Source: Macrostomum lignano (taxonomy: Eukaryota). Taken from it: 64,000 nucleotides of DNA. The DNA lies in assembly GCA_002269645.1 (NCBI GenBank), contig NIVC01000839.1, positions 1-64,000 on the forward strand. Reading direction: 5' to 3'. The position numbers were made by a program, and so were the translations under genes. Each line of letters begins with the position of its first letter. The stretch's first letter is position 1. Positions 1 to 11,560 of the stretch are shown here, one piece after another. A model generated the notes under the pieces. It was not told where the DNA came from. It saw nothing but the letters and a program-made list of their open reading frames with translations, and did no database searches.

Positions 1-792
1 ATAATGGGATTCTCGATTTAGATATGGGATTCTCGATTCGGATAATGGATTCCGATTTAGAATCATGGGATTCTCGATTCGGGATAATGGGATTCCTGAT
101 TTAGAATCATGGGATTCTCGATTCGGGATAATGGGATTCCTGATTTAGAATCATGGGATTCTCGATTCGGGATAATGGGATTCCTGATTTAGATCAAGGG
201 ATTCTCGATTCGGGATAATGGATTCTCGATTCGGGATAATGGGATTCTCGATTTAGAATTCATGGGATCTCGATTCGGGATAATGGGATTCTCGATTTAG
301 AATCATGGATTCTCGATTCGGGATAATGGGATTCCTGATTTAGAATCATGGGATTCTCGATTCGGATAATGGATTCTGATTTGGGATCATGGGATCTTGA
401 TTCGGGATAATTGGATTCTCGATTCGGGATAATGGATTCTCGATTTGGGATCATGGGATTCTCGATTTGAGATCGTGGGATTCTCGATTTGAGATCGTGG
501 GATTCTCGATTTGGGATCGTGGGATTCTCGATTTTGAATCATTGTATTCTTGAGTTGGGAATTTTTTTTTGGATCATGGTTTTAGAATTCGGTTTTTTAA
601 TTCGAATCTTAGGATTCTTGATTTCAGATTTTTGGGATCATGGGATTTTAGAACTCGGATTTTTAATTGGAATCTTAGAATTCTTGATTTCGGAATTTTT
701 GGGATCATGGGATTTTAGAATTCGGATTTTTAATTGGAATCTTAGAATTCTTGATTTGGAATTTTTGGGATCATGGGATTCTCGATTTAGTA
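1..792. repeat. Minisatellite, about 20-21 bp unit (GGGATTCTCGATT-CGGGATAAT/TAGAATCAT), degenerating rightwards
   Basis: Tandem units read directly; ORFs here are repeat translations. Confidence 0.9.
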
Positions 793-978
793 TGTGTGAA
801 ACTGACATTTCTTTAATGTTCAAAATTTTGGCTTCAAATTTGTAATTTTTTTCGGTTTTAGACAGGTTAAACTTACTGTTCCTGAAAGTTGAATACAGTA
901 GAGTTTGAGTCAATATCAACACAACGCCAGTGCATAAACAGTTATTGCTCTTATCGGTGAATTAGTATGTATTTATAG

Positions 979-1030
979 GACGCTCCGCTGCGCAGACCGA
1001 ATCTAGTGCACCTGCACTCATGTTGCTTCG
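979..1030 (+). CDS. Candidate micro-exon (RSAAQTESSAPALMLLR), possibly an upstream exon of the BH3 gene
   Basis: GC-rich 52 nt between tttatAG (977-978) and GTacag (1031); its phase-2 end fits the acceptor at 8095. No homology support. Confidence 0.2.
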
Positions 1031-1127
1031 GTACAGTTGTGCATCTTAGAGGGTTTGTTGTTTCTTTTTTTCATAGCGCATTTGAAGTGCGTGCACAGCT
1101 GTGTGCTATAGTTGACTGTACCAGGCC

Positions 1128-1862
1128 CAGGGGTTGGCAAACTCCGGCCCGTGGGCCCCATGCCTTCGCGTCCTTTGAAATTTCACAATAGGAATCTGGC
1201 CCGCTTAAGGTTGATGTCTCTTCTCTCAGCTCTCTTCTCTCTACCCTCTTTTCTCTCCTCTCTCCTGTACTCTCTCCTCTCTCCCTAATCCTCTCTACCC
1301 TCTTTCTCCCCCTAATCTCTTCTCTCTCTCCTCTCCTTTCTTCTCTCCCCTTTCCTCTCTTCTCTCTCTCCCTCCTCTCTTCTCTCTCCCCTGTTCTCTT
1401 CTCCCTACTCTCTCCTCTCTTCTTTCTTCCTCCTGTCTCCTCTCTCGTCTCTTCTCTCTTCCCTCCTCTTTCCTCTTTCCTCTCTCCTCTCTAACCTCTC
1501 CTCTCTCCTCTTTACCTTCTTCTCTCTCCTCTCTACCCTGTTCTCTCCCCTACTCTCTTCTCTCTCCCCTACTCTCTTCTCTCTCCACTACTCTCTTCTC
1601 TCCCCTCTCCCCTCTCCTCTCTTGTCTCTCCCTCTCTACTCTACCCGCTTCTCTTCTCTCTTCCCTCTCTCTTCCTCTCTCATCTCTTCTCTCATCCCTT
1701 ATTTCATCTCATATCTTCTCTCCTATCACTCATCCCTTCTTTTCTAATTTCTCTCTCCTCTATTCAAACTATTTTTCTCTCTTATCTGGCCCGCATCCAT
1801 GAGGTATAGATTAATTATTTTTCAGGCGCTTTAAGGTAAAAAAAAGTTGTTTCGACCCCTTT
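1128..1862 (+). mobile_element. Degenerate hAT (Charlie-like) MITE with CT-rich interior
   Basis: Left end CAGGGGTTGGCAAACTCCGGCCCGTGGGCC, internal CTGGCCCGC motifs at ~1196 and ~1786, right end AAAAGTTGTTTCGACCCCT; no clean TSD. Confidence 0.55.
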
Positions 1863-2309
1863 GTCTGGTCTACTCGTACATATATAGACGGTGTTAAGGG
1901 ACTCTGTAGTACTATTAATTATTTGGCTACGGGCATATTCACTGTTGCACTGTTGTTCGTTGATAGGAGCGTATATTTCGAATTTTCCCATTTTATTAAT
2001 AATACCAGCTAGCTGAACGTGTGTCCGTGCAGCTATGTAAATATGAATGTGTGGATCTAGTACTGCAGTACTATTATTTTATTGTCTAGACTAAAGACCT
2101 TTCAGTGTATATAGTATAGTGAAACTGAATGACTCATTAGGAATATCGCTTTCTACGATATGTATATATGTACGTGTAATACTCGTCGTCTGAAGTATCT
2201 GCGCAATAGGTGCAATCGTAAGTATTAATATTCAGCAATTCTTTAATAAATTGGTTACTAGTTAGCTAATTAAACGCGCACAAGGGGCGCCACAAGGGGC
2301 GCACAAGAG

Positions 2310-5270
2310 GTGACTAGATAGGGAACAGAGTCACTAGATAGGGAACAGAGTCACTAGATAGGGAACAGAGTCACTAGATAGGGAACAGAGTCACTAGATG
2401 GAGTGCAGAGTCACTAGATGGAGTGCAGAGTCACTAGATGGAGTGCAGAGTCACTAGATGGAGTGCAGAGTCACTAGATGGAGTGCAGAGTCACTAGATG
2501 GTTCACAGAGTTACTAGATGGATTGCAGAGTCACTAGATGGATTGCAGAGTCACTAGATGGAGTGCAGAGTCACTAGATGGATTGCAGAGTTACTAGATG
2601 GATTGCAGAGTTAGCTCGTACTAGATGGAGTGCAGAGTCACTAGATGGTGTGCAGAGTCACTAGATGGTTCACATAGTTACTAGATGGATTGCAGAGTTA
2701 CTAGATGGAGTGCAGAGTCACTAGATGGATTGCAGAGTTACTAGATGGAGTGCAGAGTCACTAGATGGTGTGCAGAGTCACTAGATGGATTGCAGAGTTA
2801 CTAGATGGAGTGCAGAGTCACTAGATGGTTCACATAGTTACTAGATGGATTGCAGAGTTACTAGATGGAGTGCAGAGTCACTAGATGGATTGCAGAGTTA
2901 CTAGATGGAGTGCAGAGTTACTAGATGGAGTGCAGAGTCACTAGATGAATTGCAGAGTTACTAGATGGATTGCAGAGTCACTAGACAGGGCACAGAGTCA
3001 CTAGATGGAGTGCAGAGTCACTAGATGAATTGCAGAGTCACTAGATGGAGTGCAGAGTCACTAGATGGATTGCAGAGTCACTAGATGGTTCACAGAGTTA
3101 CTAGATGGAGTACAGAGTCACTAGACAGGGCACAGAGTCACTAGATGGAGTGCAGAGTCACTAGATGGATTGCAGAGTCACTAGATGGTTCACAGAGTTA
3201 CTAGATGGAGTACAGAGTCACTAGATGGAGTGCAGAGTCACTAGATGGTTCACAGAGTTACTAGATGGAGTACAGAGTCACTAGATGGAGTGCAGAGTCA
3301 CTAGATGGTTCACAGAGTTACTAGATGGAGTACAGAGTCACTAGATGGATTGCAGAGTCACTAGACAGGGCACAGAGTCACTAGATGGAGTGCAGAGTCA
3401 CTAGATGGAGTACAGAGTCACTAGACAGGGCACAGAGTCACTAGATGGATTGCAGAGTCACTAGACAGGGCACAGAGTCACTAGATGGAGTGCAGAGTCA
3501 CTAGATGGATTGCAGAGTCACTAGATGGTTCACAGAGTCACTAGATGGAGTGCAGAGTCACTAGATGGAGTACAGAGTCACTAGACAGGGCACAGAGTCA
3601 CTAGATGGATTGCAGAGTCACTAGACAGGGCACAGAGTCACTAGATGGAGTGCAGAGTCACTAGATGGATTGCAGAGTCACTAGATGGTTCACAGAGTTA
3701 CTAGATGGAGTACAGAGTCACTAGATGGATTGCAGAGTCACTAGACAGGGCACAGAGTCACTAGATGGAGTGCAGAGTCACTAGATGGAGTACAGAGTCA
3801 CTAGACAGGGCACAGAGTCACTAGATGGATTGCAGAGTCACTAGACAGGGCACAGAGTCACTAGATGGAGTGCAGAGTCACTAGATGGATTGCAGAGTCA
3901 CTAGATGGTTCACAGAGTCACTAGATGGAGTGCAGAGTCACTAGATGGAGTACAGAGTCACTAGACAGGGCACAGAGTCACTAGATGGATTGCAGAGTCA
4001 CTAGACAGGGCACAGAGTCACTAGATGGAGTGCAGAGTCACTAGATGGATTGCAGAGTCACTAGATGGTTCACAGAGTTACTAGATGGAGTACAGAGTCA
4101 CTAGATGGAGTGCAGAGTCACTAGATGGATTGCAGAGTCACTAGATGGTTCACAGAGTTACTAGATGGAGTACAGAGTCACTAGATGGATTGCAGAGTCA
4201 CTAGACAGGGCACAGAGTCACTAGATGGAGTGCAGAGTCACTAGATGGAGTACAGAGTCACTAGATGGAGTACAGAGTCACTAGATGGAGTACAGAGTCA
4301 CTAGATGGAGTGCAGAGTCACTAGATGGATTGCAGAGTCACTAGATGGTTCACAGAGTTACTAGATGGAGTACAGAGTCACTAGATGGATTTCAGAGTCA
4401 CTAGACAGGGCACAGAGTCACTAGATGGAGTGCAGAGTCACTAGATGGAGTACAGAGTCACTAGATGGAGTACAGAGTCACTAGATGGAGTGCAGAGTCA
4501 CTAGATGGATTGCAGAGTCACTAGATGGTTCACAGAGTTACTAGATGGAGTACAGAGTCACTAGATGGATTGCAGAGTCACTAGACAGGGCACAGAGTCA
4601 CTAGATGGAGTGCAGAGTCACTAGATGGAGTACAGAGTCACTAGACAGGGCACAGAGTCACTAGATGGATTGCAGAGTCACTAGACAGGGCACAGAGTCA
4701 CTAGATGGAGTGCAGAGTCACTAGATGGATTGCAGAGTCACTAGATGGTTCACAGAGTTACTAGATGGAGTACAGAGTCACTAGATGGAGTGCAGAGTCA
4801 CTAGATGGTTCACAGAGTTACTAGATGGAGTACAGAGTCACTAGATGGATTGCAGAGTCACTAGACAGGGCACAGAGTCACTAGATGGAGTGCAGAGTCA
4901 CTAGATGGATTACAGAGTCACTAGATGGATTGCAGAGTCACTAGACAGGGCACAGAGTCACTAGATGGATTGCAGAGTCACTAGATGGATTGCAGATTCA
5001 CTAGACAGGGCACAGAGTCACTAGATGGATTGCAGAGTCACTAGACAGGGCACAGAGTCACTAGATGGATTGCAGAGTCACTAGACAGGGCACAGAGTCA
5101 CTAGATGGATTGCAGAGTCACTAGACAGGGCACAGAGTCACTAGATGGATTGCAGAGTCACTAGACAGGGCAGAGTCACTAGATGGATTGCAGAGTCACT
5201 AGACAGGGCACAGAGTCACTAGATGGATTGCAGAGTCACTAGACAGGGCACAGAGTCACTAGATGTAGTG
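2310..5270. repeat. 20-bp minisatellite (CAGAGTCACTAGA plus a variable 7 nt), roughly 145 units
   Basis: Strict 20-bp period visible in the sequence. Confidence 0.97.
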
Positions 5271-5594
5271 CAGAGGAATTGCTACCAGATCACACTGGTT
5301 CTAGAGCTTATATCTCCATGAGTAAGCAGAGTAAGTACCATTGTCTATAGCGTCTGTTTGTATAAGCAGTGAGCACAAAGGCAGGCAGACTCATAAATGC
5401 TTTGAATAAATTTCAGCTAGAAGCAGGTGTCACTCTGGGGTCGTCTCCGGTCACGTGATTAAGCTGTTTATGAATAGGCGGCACTGGAACGACAGTTGGA
5501 AATATGCAAATGAAATAAAATAACAGAGAAGCGAAGCAAAGTTGACAGGAGCGTCTTTGTTTTAACTCCCTCTGACCCTTCATTTAAAAGCGTT

Positions 5595-5745
5595 GCGGGT
5601 TGTTAAAATTCTTTACCTCAAGGGCCTGCTAAACAATCCAGCTCATGGCTGCGGGCCAGTTGAGGGAGGAGAGGAATAGAGGAGAGAGGGAGAGAATATT
5701 AGAGATAAAAGGAGAGAAGAGATGAGAGAGAGGGGGAAATTCGAA
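5595..5745 (-). mobile_element. Partial inverted copy of the 1128-1862 hAT MITE family
   Basis: Reverse complement aligns by eye to 1740-1850 (CTGGCCCGCAGCCATGAG vs CTGGCCCGCATCCATGAG; TTTACCTCAAGGGCCTG vs TTTACCTTAAAGCGCCTG). Confidence 0.5.
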
Positions 5746-6099
5746 ATGCAGACACAGAAAGCCAGACTGAGACGTAGTTATAATTCCTAAACAGTGAGCG
5801 GCCTATAGTTTTGTCCAACGTGCCGAATAGCAATGTTTGTTTTAACAATGTAGTAAAGCTTTTATCTATCTTGGGTTATACTATATCGTGACCTTGACAT
5901 GGTTATAACTGCGACATTGTTTATAACAGTTATTATGGCTGATGTTTGTTAATTTTTGGGCGGTAGATAGTAGGATTCTGTGATTTTTAAGCATAAATTT
6001 GACCCCAAATCAATGGATGATAAGTTAAGGTGACCGCGATAAAAATGTGACCTCTCGTTTATGGCTCCCGAGATGTGATCTCGATTGGTTTTAGGAAAT

Positions 6100-7930
6100 T
6101 GCATCAATTGAAATCTAAGAAAATGATCCAAATAGATTTTAAGAAATGACCCCAATCGATTCTAAGAAATTTCACCAATCGATTCTAAGAAATGTCACCA
6201 ATTGGATTCTAAGAAAATGATCCAAATAGATTCTTAGAAATAACCCAAATCGTATTCTAAGAAAATTATCAAAATAGATTCTTAGAAATAACCCAAATCG
6301 TATTCTAAGAAAATGATCCAAATAGATTCTTAGAAATAACCCAAATCGTATTCTAAGAAAATTATCAAAATAGATTCTTAGAAATAACCCAAATAGTATT
6401 CTAAGAAAATGATCCGAATAGATTTTTAGAAATAACCCAAATCGTATTCTAAGAAAATGATCCAAATAGATTCTTAGAAATAACCCAAATCGTATTCTAA
6501 GAAAATGATCCAAATAGATTCTTAGAAATAACCCAAATCGTATTCTAAGAAAATGATCCAAATAGATTCTTAGAAATAACCCAAATAGTATTCTAAGAAA
6601 ATGATCCGAATAGATTTTTAGAAATAACCCAAATCGTATTCTAAGAAAATGATCCAAATAGATTCTTAGAAATAACCCAAATCGTATTCTAAGAAAATGA
6701 TCCAAATAGATTCTTAGAAATAACCCAAATCGTATTCTAAGAAAATTATCAAAATAGATTCTTAGAAATAACCCAAATCGTATTCTAAGAAAATGATCCA
6801 AATAGATTCTTAGAAATAACCCTAATCGTATTCTAAGAAAATGATCCAAATAGATTCTTAGAAATAACCCAAATAGTATTCTAAGAAAATGATCCGAATA
6901 GATTTTTAGAAATAACCCAAATCGTATTCTAAGAAAATGATCCAAATAGATTCTTAGAAATAACCCAAATCGTATTCTAAGAAAATGATCCAAATAGATT
7001 CTTAGAAATAACCCAAATAGTATTCTAAGAAAATGATCCGAATAGATTCTTAGAAATAACCCAAATAGTATTCTAAGAAAATGATCCGAATAGAATTTTA
7101 GAAATAACCCAAATCGTATTCTAAGAAAATGATCCAAATAGATTCTTAGAAATAACCCAAATCGTATTCTAAGAAAATGATCCAAATAGATTCTTAGAAA
7201 TAACCCAAATAGTATTCTAAGAAAATGATCCAAATAGATTCTTAGAAATAACCCAAATAGTATTCTAAGAAAATGATCCAAATAGATTCTTAGAAATAAC
7301 CCAAATCGATTCTAAGAAATTTCACTAATCGGATTCTAAGAAAATGTCAAAATCACCCCAATCGATTCTAAGAAATTGTATCAATTGAAATCTATGAAAT
7401 GACCCCAATCGATTCTAAGAAATTGCATCAATTGAAATCTAAGAAATGACCCCAATCGATTCTAAGAAATTTCACTAATCGGATTCTAAGAAATTGCATT
7501 ATCAAATTCACAGAAATGATCCCAATCAATTCCAAGAAATGACCCTAATCAATTCCAAGAAATAATTTTAATCAATTCCAAGAAATGACCCTAATCAATT
7601 CCAAGAAATAATCCTAATCGATTCCAAGAAATGACCCTAATCAATTCCAAGAAATGACCCTAATCAATTCCAAAAAATAATCCTAATCAATTCCAAGAAA
7701 TGACTTTAATAAATTCCAAGAAATGACCCTAATCAATTCCAAGAAATGACCCTAATCAATTCCAAGAAATGACCCTAATCAATTCCAAGAAATGATCCCA
7801 ATCAATTCCAAGAAATGATCCCAATCAATTCCAAGAAATGATCCCAATCAATTCCAAGAAATGATACCAATCAATTCCAAGAAATGATCCCGATCGATTC
7901 AAAGAAATGATCCCGATCGATTCAAAGAAA
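6100..7930. repeat. AT-rich satellite: 48-bp higher-order unit of two 24-mers (~6180-7310) grading into a 21-22 bp unit
   Basis: 16-aa periodic translation FGLFLRIYLDHFLRIR; AATCAATTCCAAGAAATGACCCT units at right. Confidence 0.93.
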
Positions 7931-8095
7931 TGATCCCAATCAATTGAAGGAAAAACCTCAATATATTTGAATAAAAGACCTTAATGTAATATTCTCTAAC
8001 AGATTCCGAAGATGAATTATTAATAAGTACCCGCTATGGATTTCTTGATTAACTCATTCCCCACCTACAATCCCCCCATTCTGCTCAGCTCGCAG

Positions 8096-8324
8096 TCTTT
8101 TGAACCAGCGGGAGCCGCTGCCAGACCTTCTACTGGAGACCACCGTAGTTGACATCCGGGTGCGCAGCCAGTCTGTGCCAGTGATGCCTGAAGATGCTCA
8201 ACAGTTGCGCCTGCAAATGCGACGCGAAGAGAGCGTCGAAATGGTTGCTATGAGACTTCGACACATTGGTGACGAGATTGATAGCAGCAGGTCGTCTGTG
8301 CAAAATCGCAGCGAAGTTCTCGTG
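8096..8324 (+). CDS. Internal exon of a BH3-motif (Bcl-2 family, probably BH3-only) protein
   Basis: Pyrimidine tract with AG at 8094-8095 (alternative 8087-8088), donor GTAAGT at 8325; encodes RVRSQSVP and VEMVAMRLRHIGDEID matching the BH3 core L-x-x-I-G-D-E. Confidence 0.7.
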
Positions 8325-8389
8325 GTAAGTTTTTTTAGACCTAAAATTCCTTAAAAAATTATATTCATTTCTCTCCTTTAGTATGATTG

Positions 8390-10195
8390 TATTCTGAGGT
8401 CTATTTTAGTAGCTTAGTTTAGCCTGAGGTCCATTTTAGTTTAGCCTGAGGTCCATTTTAGGTTAGCCTGAGGTCCATTTAAGGTTAGCGTGAGGTCCAT
8501 TTTAGGTTAGCGTGAGGTCCATTTTAGGTTAGCCTGAGGTCCATTTAAGGTTAGCCTGAGGTCCATTTTAGGTTAGCCTGAGGTCCATTTTAGGTTAGCG
8601 TGAGGTCCATTTAAGGTTAGCCTGAGGTCCATTTAAGGTTAGCCTGAGGTCCATTTTAGGTTAGCCTGAGGTCCATTTAAGGTTAGCCTGAGGTCCATTT
8701 AAGGTTAGCCTGAGGTCCATTTAAGGTTAGCCTGAGGTCCATTTTAGGTTAGCCTGAGGTCCATTTAAGGTTAGCGTGAGGTCCATTTTAGGTTAGCGTG
8801 AGGTCCATTTAAGGTTAGCCTGAGGTCCATTTAAGGTTAGCCTGAGGTCCATTTTAGGTTAGCCTGAGGTCCATTTTAGGTTAGCCTGAGGTCCATTTAA
8901 GGTTAGCCTGAGGTCCATTTTAGGTTAGCCTGAGGTCCATTTAAGGTTAGCCTGAGGTCCATTTAAGGTTAGCCTGAGGTCCATTTAAGGTTAGTCTGAG
9001 GTCCATTTAAGGTTAGCCTGAGGTCCATTTAAGGTTAGCCTGAGGTCTATTTTAGGTTAGCCTGAGGTCCATTTAAGGTTAGCCTGAGGTCCATTTAAGG
9101 TTAGCCTGAGGTCCATTTTAGGTTAGCCTGAGGTCCATTTAAGGTTAGCCTGAGGTCCATTTAAGGTTAGCCTGAGGTCCATTTAAGGTTAGTCTGAGGT
9201 CCATTTAAGGTTAGCCTGAGGTCCATTTAAGGTTAGCCTGAGGTCTATTTTAGGTTAGCCTGAGGTCCATTTAAGGTTAGCCTGAGGTCCATTTTAGGTT
9301 AGCCTGAGGTCCATTTTAGGTTAGCCTGAGGTCCATTTAAGGTTAGCCTGAGGTCCATTTTAGGTTAGCCTGAGGTCCATTTAAGGTTAGCCTGAGGTCC
9401 ATTTAAGGTTAGCCTGAGGTCCATTTTAGGTTAGCCTGAGGTCCATTTTAGGTTAGCCTGAGATCCATTTAAGGTTAGCGTGAGGTCCATTTTAGGTTAG
9501 CGTGAGGTCCATTTAAGGTTAGCCTGAGGTCCATTTAAGGTTAGCCTGAGGTCCATTTTAGGTTAGCCTGAGGTCCATTTTAGGTTAGCCTGAGGTCCAT
9601 TTAAGGTTAGCCTGAGGTCCATTTTAGGTTAGCCTGAGGTCCATTTAAGGTTAGCCTGAGGTCCATTTTAGGTTAGCCTGAGGTCCATTTAAGGTTAGTC
9701 TGAGGTCCATTTTAGGTTAGCCTGAGGTCCATTTAAGGTTAGCCTGAGGTCCATTTAAGGTTAGCCTGAGGTCCATTTTAGGTTAGCGTGAGGTCCATTT
9801 AAGGTTAGCCTGAGGTCCATTTTAGGTTAGCCTGAGGTCCATTTTAGGTTAGCCTGAGGTCCATTTAAGGTTAGCGTGAGGTCCATTTTAGGTTAGCCTG
9901 AGGTCCATTTAAGGTTAGCCTGAGGTCCATTTTAGGTTAGCCTGAGGTCCATTTAAGGTTAGTCTGAGGTCCATTTAAGGTTAGCCTGAGGTCCATTTAA
10001 GGTTAGCCTGAGGTCCATTTTAGGTTAGCCTGATGTCCAATTTAGTTTAGCCTGAAGTTCATTGTAGTTTAGCTTGTGGTCCATTTTATCCATTTTAGGT
10101 TGTTAGCCTGAAGTCCTTTTAGGTTAGCTTAAGGTTCATTTTAGGTTAGCCTGGGGTTCATTTTAGTTCACCCTGAGGCTTATTTTAGTTTAGCC
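8390..10195. repeat. 22-bp minisatellite GAGGTCCATTT(T/A)AGGTTAGCCT, roughly 75-80 units
   Basis: Direct reading. Confidence 0.96.
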
Positions 10196-10584
10196 TGGCA
10201 CTAGTATATATAGCGTGACTAAAATCAATTTTAGAATCCTGAAATGAAAGGTCCAGTTTTGAGTACAGTGCACTCAACTATCAGTTGCCAAGGCTGAATT
10301 TTTATCAAAACAGGCCCTGTAGGTCTTTGTCTCAACTCGTACTTAGTTTTGTTTATTATTATTAGAATATTGCTCCAGCTCAAGGTCATGTGAAGGTCAT
10401 CGTCTCAGATGCCCTCACATGCCTCCACGATTCGATGCTTCTTATGTGCAATAATAATAATCGTAAAACAGGAAATAAAAAACTCTCATCAACTGGAGTC
10501 TTCTTTTAGTATCCAGGGCCCCAAATAGTATCTAGGGCCTTCATATTCTAGAAGGATAACTTCAAAATCCTCTTCTATAGATCA

Positions 10585-10790
10585 GGCATGAGATTATCCG
10601 AATCTTCTCTCACCCTGAGACACGAGTGAGATTATTAGAATCTTCTCTCACCCTGAGACAGGAGTGAGATTATCAGAATCTTCTACTCACCCTGAGACGG
10701 GAGTGAGATTATTAGAATCTTTTCTCACCCTGAGACACGAGTGAGATTATATGAATCTTCTACTCACCCTGAGACAGGAGTGAGATTATC
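10585..10790. repeat. 38-39 bp tandem repeat, about 5 copies, with internal dyad (GTGAGATT...AATCTTCTCTCAC)
   Basis: Direct reading. Confidence 0.85.
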
Positions 10791-11399
10791 TTAACATAAA
10801 GAGCGGTGCTGTAATAAAATTGACCTAATTGGTCAGAATTCGGAGTTTCCTCCTGCTACAGAAGTGTTTATTGAATGATGAGGCTGACATACACGAAGTT
10901 GTTTTAATAAAGATAAGAAAGATGACAACGTTAGACAGTATGCGTCACAGCTTCTCTTCCCCTTGCCAAACTAAACCCGACCCTGTCATGCATGTCACGG
11001 TCACGTGCCAATGCCTGGATTTAGTTTAATTCCTTGCAATATTGACTATATTAATACTGAATACTTTTTTTATGAAGAGATTGCGGCAGTTGTGTATACT
11101 CGTATTCTGATTGGGTTGCTATGCCGAGAGAGAGGGAGAGGGGAGATAGATACTAGACTGGCCCTGTTTTTATGAATGAGCGATTGGGGAAGAGAGTGAG
11201 GGGTGGTAGGAGAGAGAGGAGCGAGAGGAGGGTTCGCGCCCACCCCCACCTCTTCAGCGCCTCAGCAGCGAGACACGTGACTTTGTTTTATACTCGGTAT
11301 TTAAAAAAATAATGCTTTATTACAAGTGCTCAAGGTAAAAACCAGGGGGGGGGGTGGTTTAGTATTGCCTTTGTTGGCCCCACCCCTCAAATTTCCTAC

Positions 11400-11560
11400 A
11401 GGTTCTAAACTTTACCAGACCTGAGGTGCGGCGCTACCTCAACTACCCCAGCTAATGCTGGCACCCATTTTACAGCTGGGTGAACTGAAGCAATGCAGAG
11501 TTAAGCGTCTTGCTCAAGGACACAATTTGTTCCTTAGTGGGTCGAGAATCGAACCCCCGA
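11400..11560 (+). mobile_element. CORE-SINE remnant
   Basis: 11464-11524 CCCATTTTACAGCTGGGTGAACTGAAGCAATGCAGAGTTAAGCGTCTTGCTCAAGGACACA matches the recalled MIR/CORE domain; followed by GAATCGAACCC. Confidence 0.7.

Noticed and set aside
2310-5270. Constant core plus variable segment resembling a CRISPR array
   Set aside because: The variable part is only 7 nt and reuses a handful of states; no unique spacers, leader or cas genes; eukaryotic context
6172-7281. 369-aa ORF, and similar long ORFs at 13525-14474, 15577-16239, 43010-43637, 48777-49427, 55375-56445 and 61929-63041
   Set aside because: Translations of stop-free tandem repeats with no domain content
10314-10393. Hydrophobic PVGLCLNSYLVLFIIIRILLQLKVM* as a tail-anchor exon for the BH3 gene
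   Set aside because: The nearby acceptor needs a phase-1 donor but the BH3 exon ends in phase 0; AT-rich sequence gives such peptides by chance
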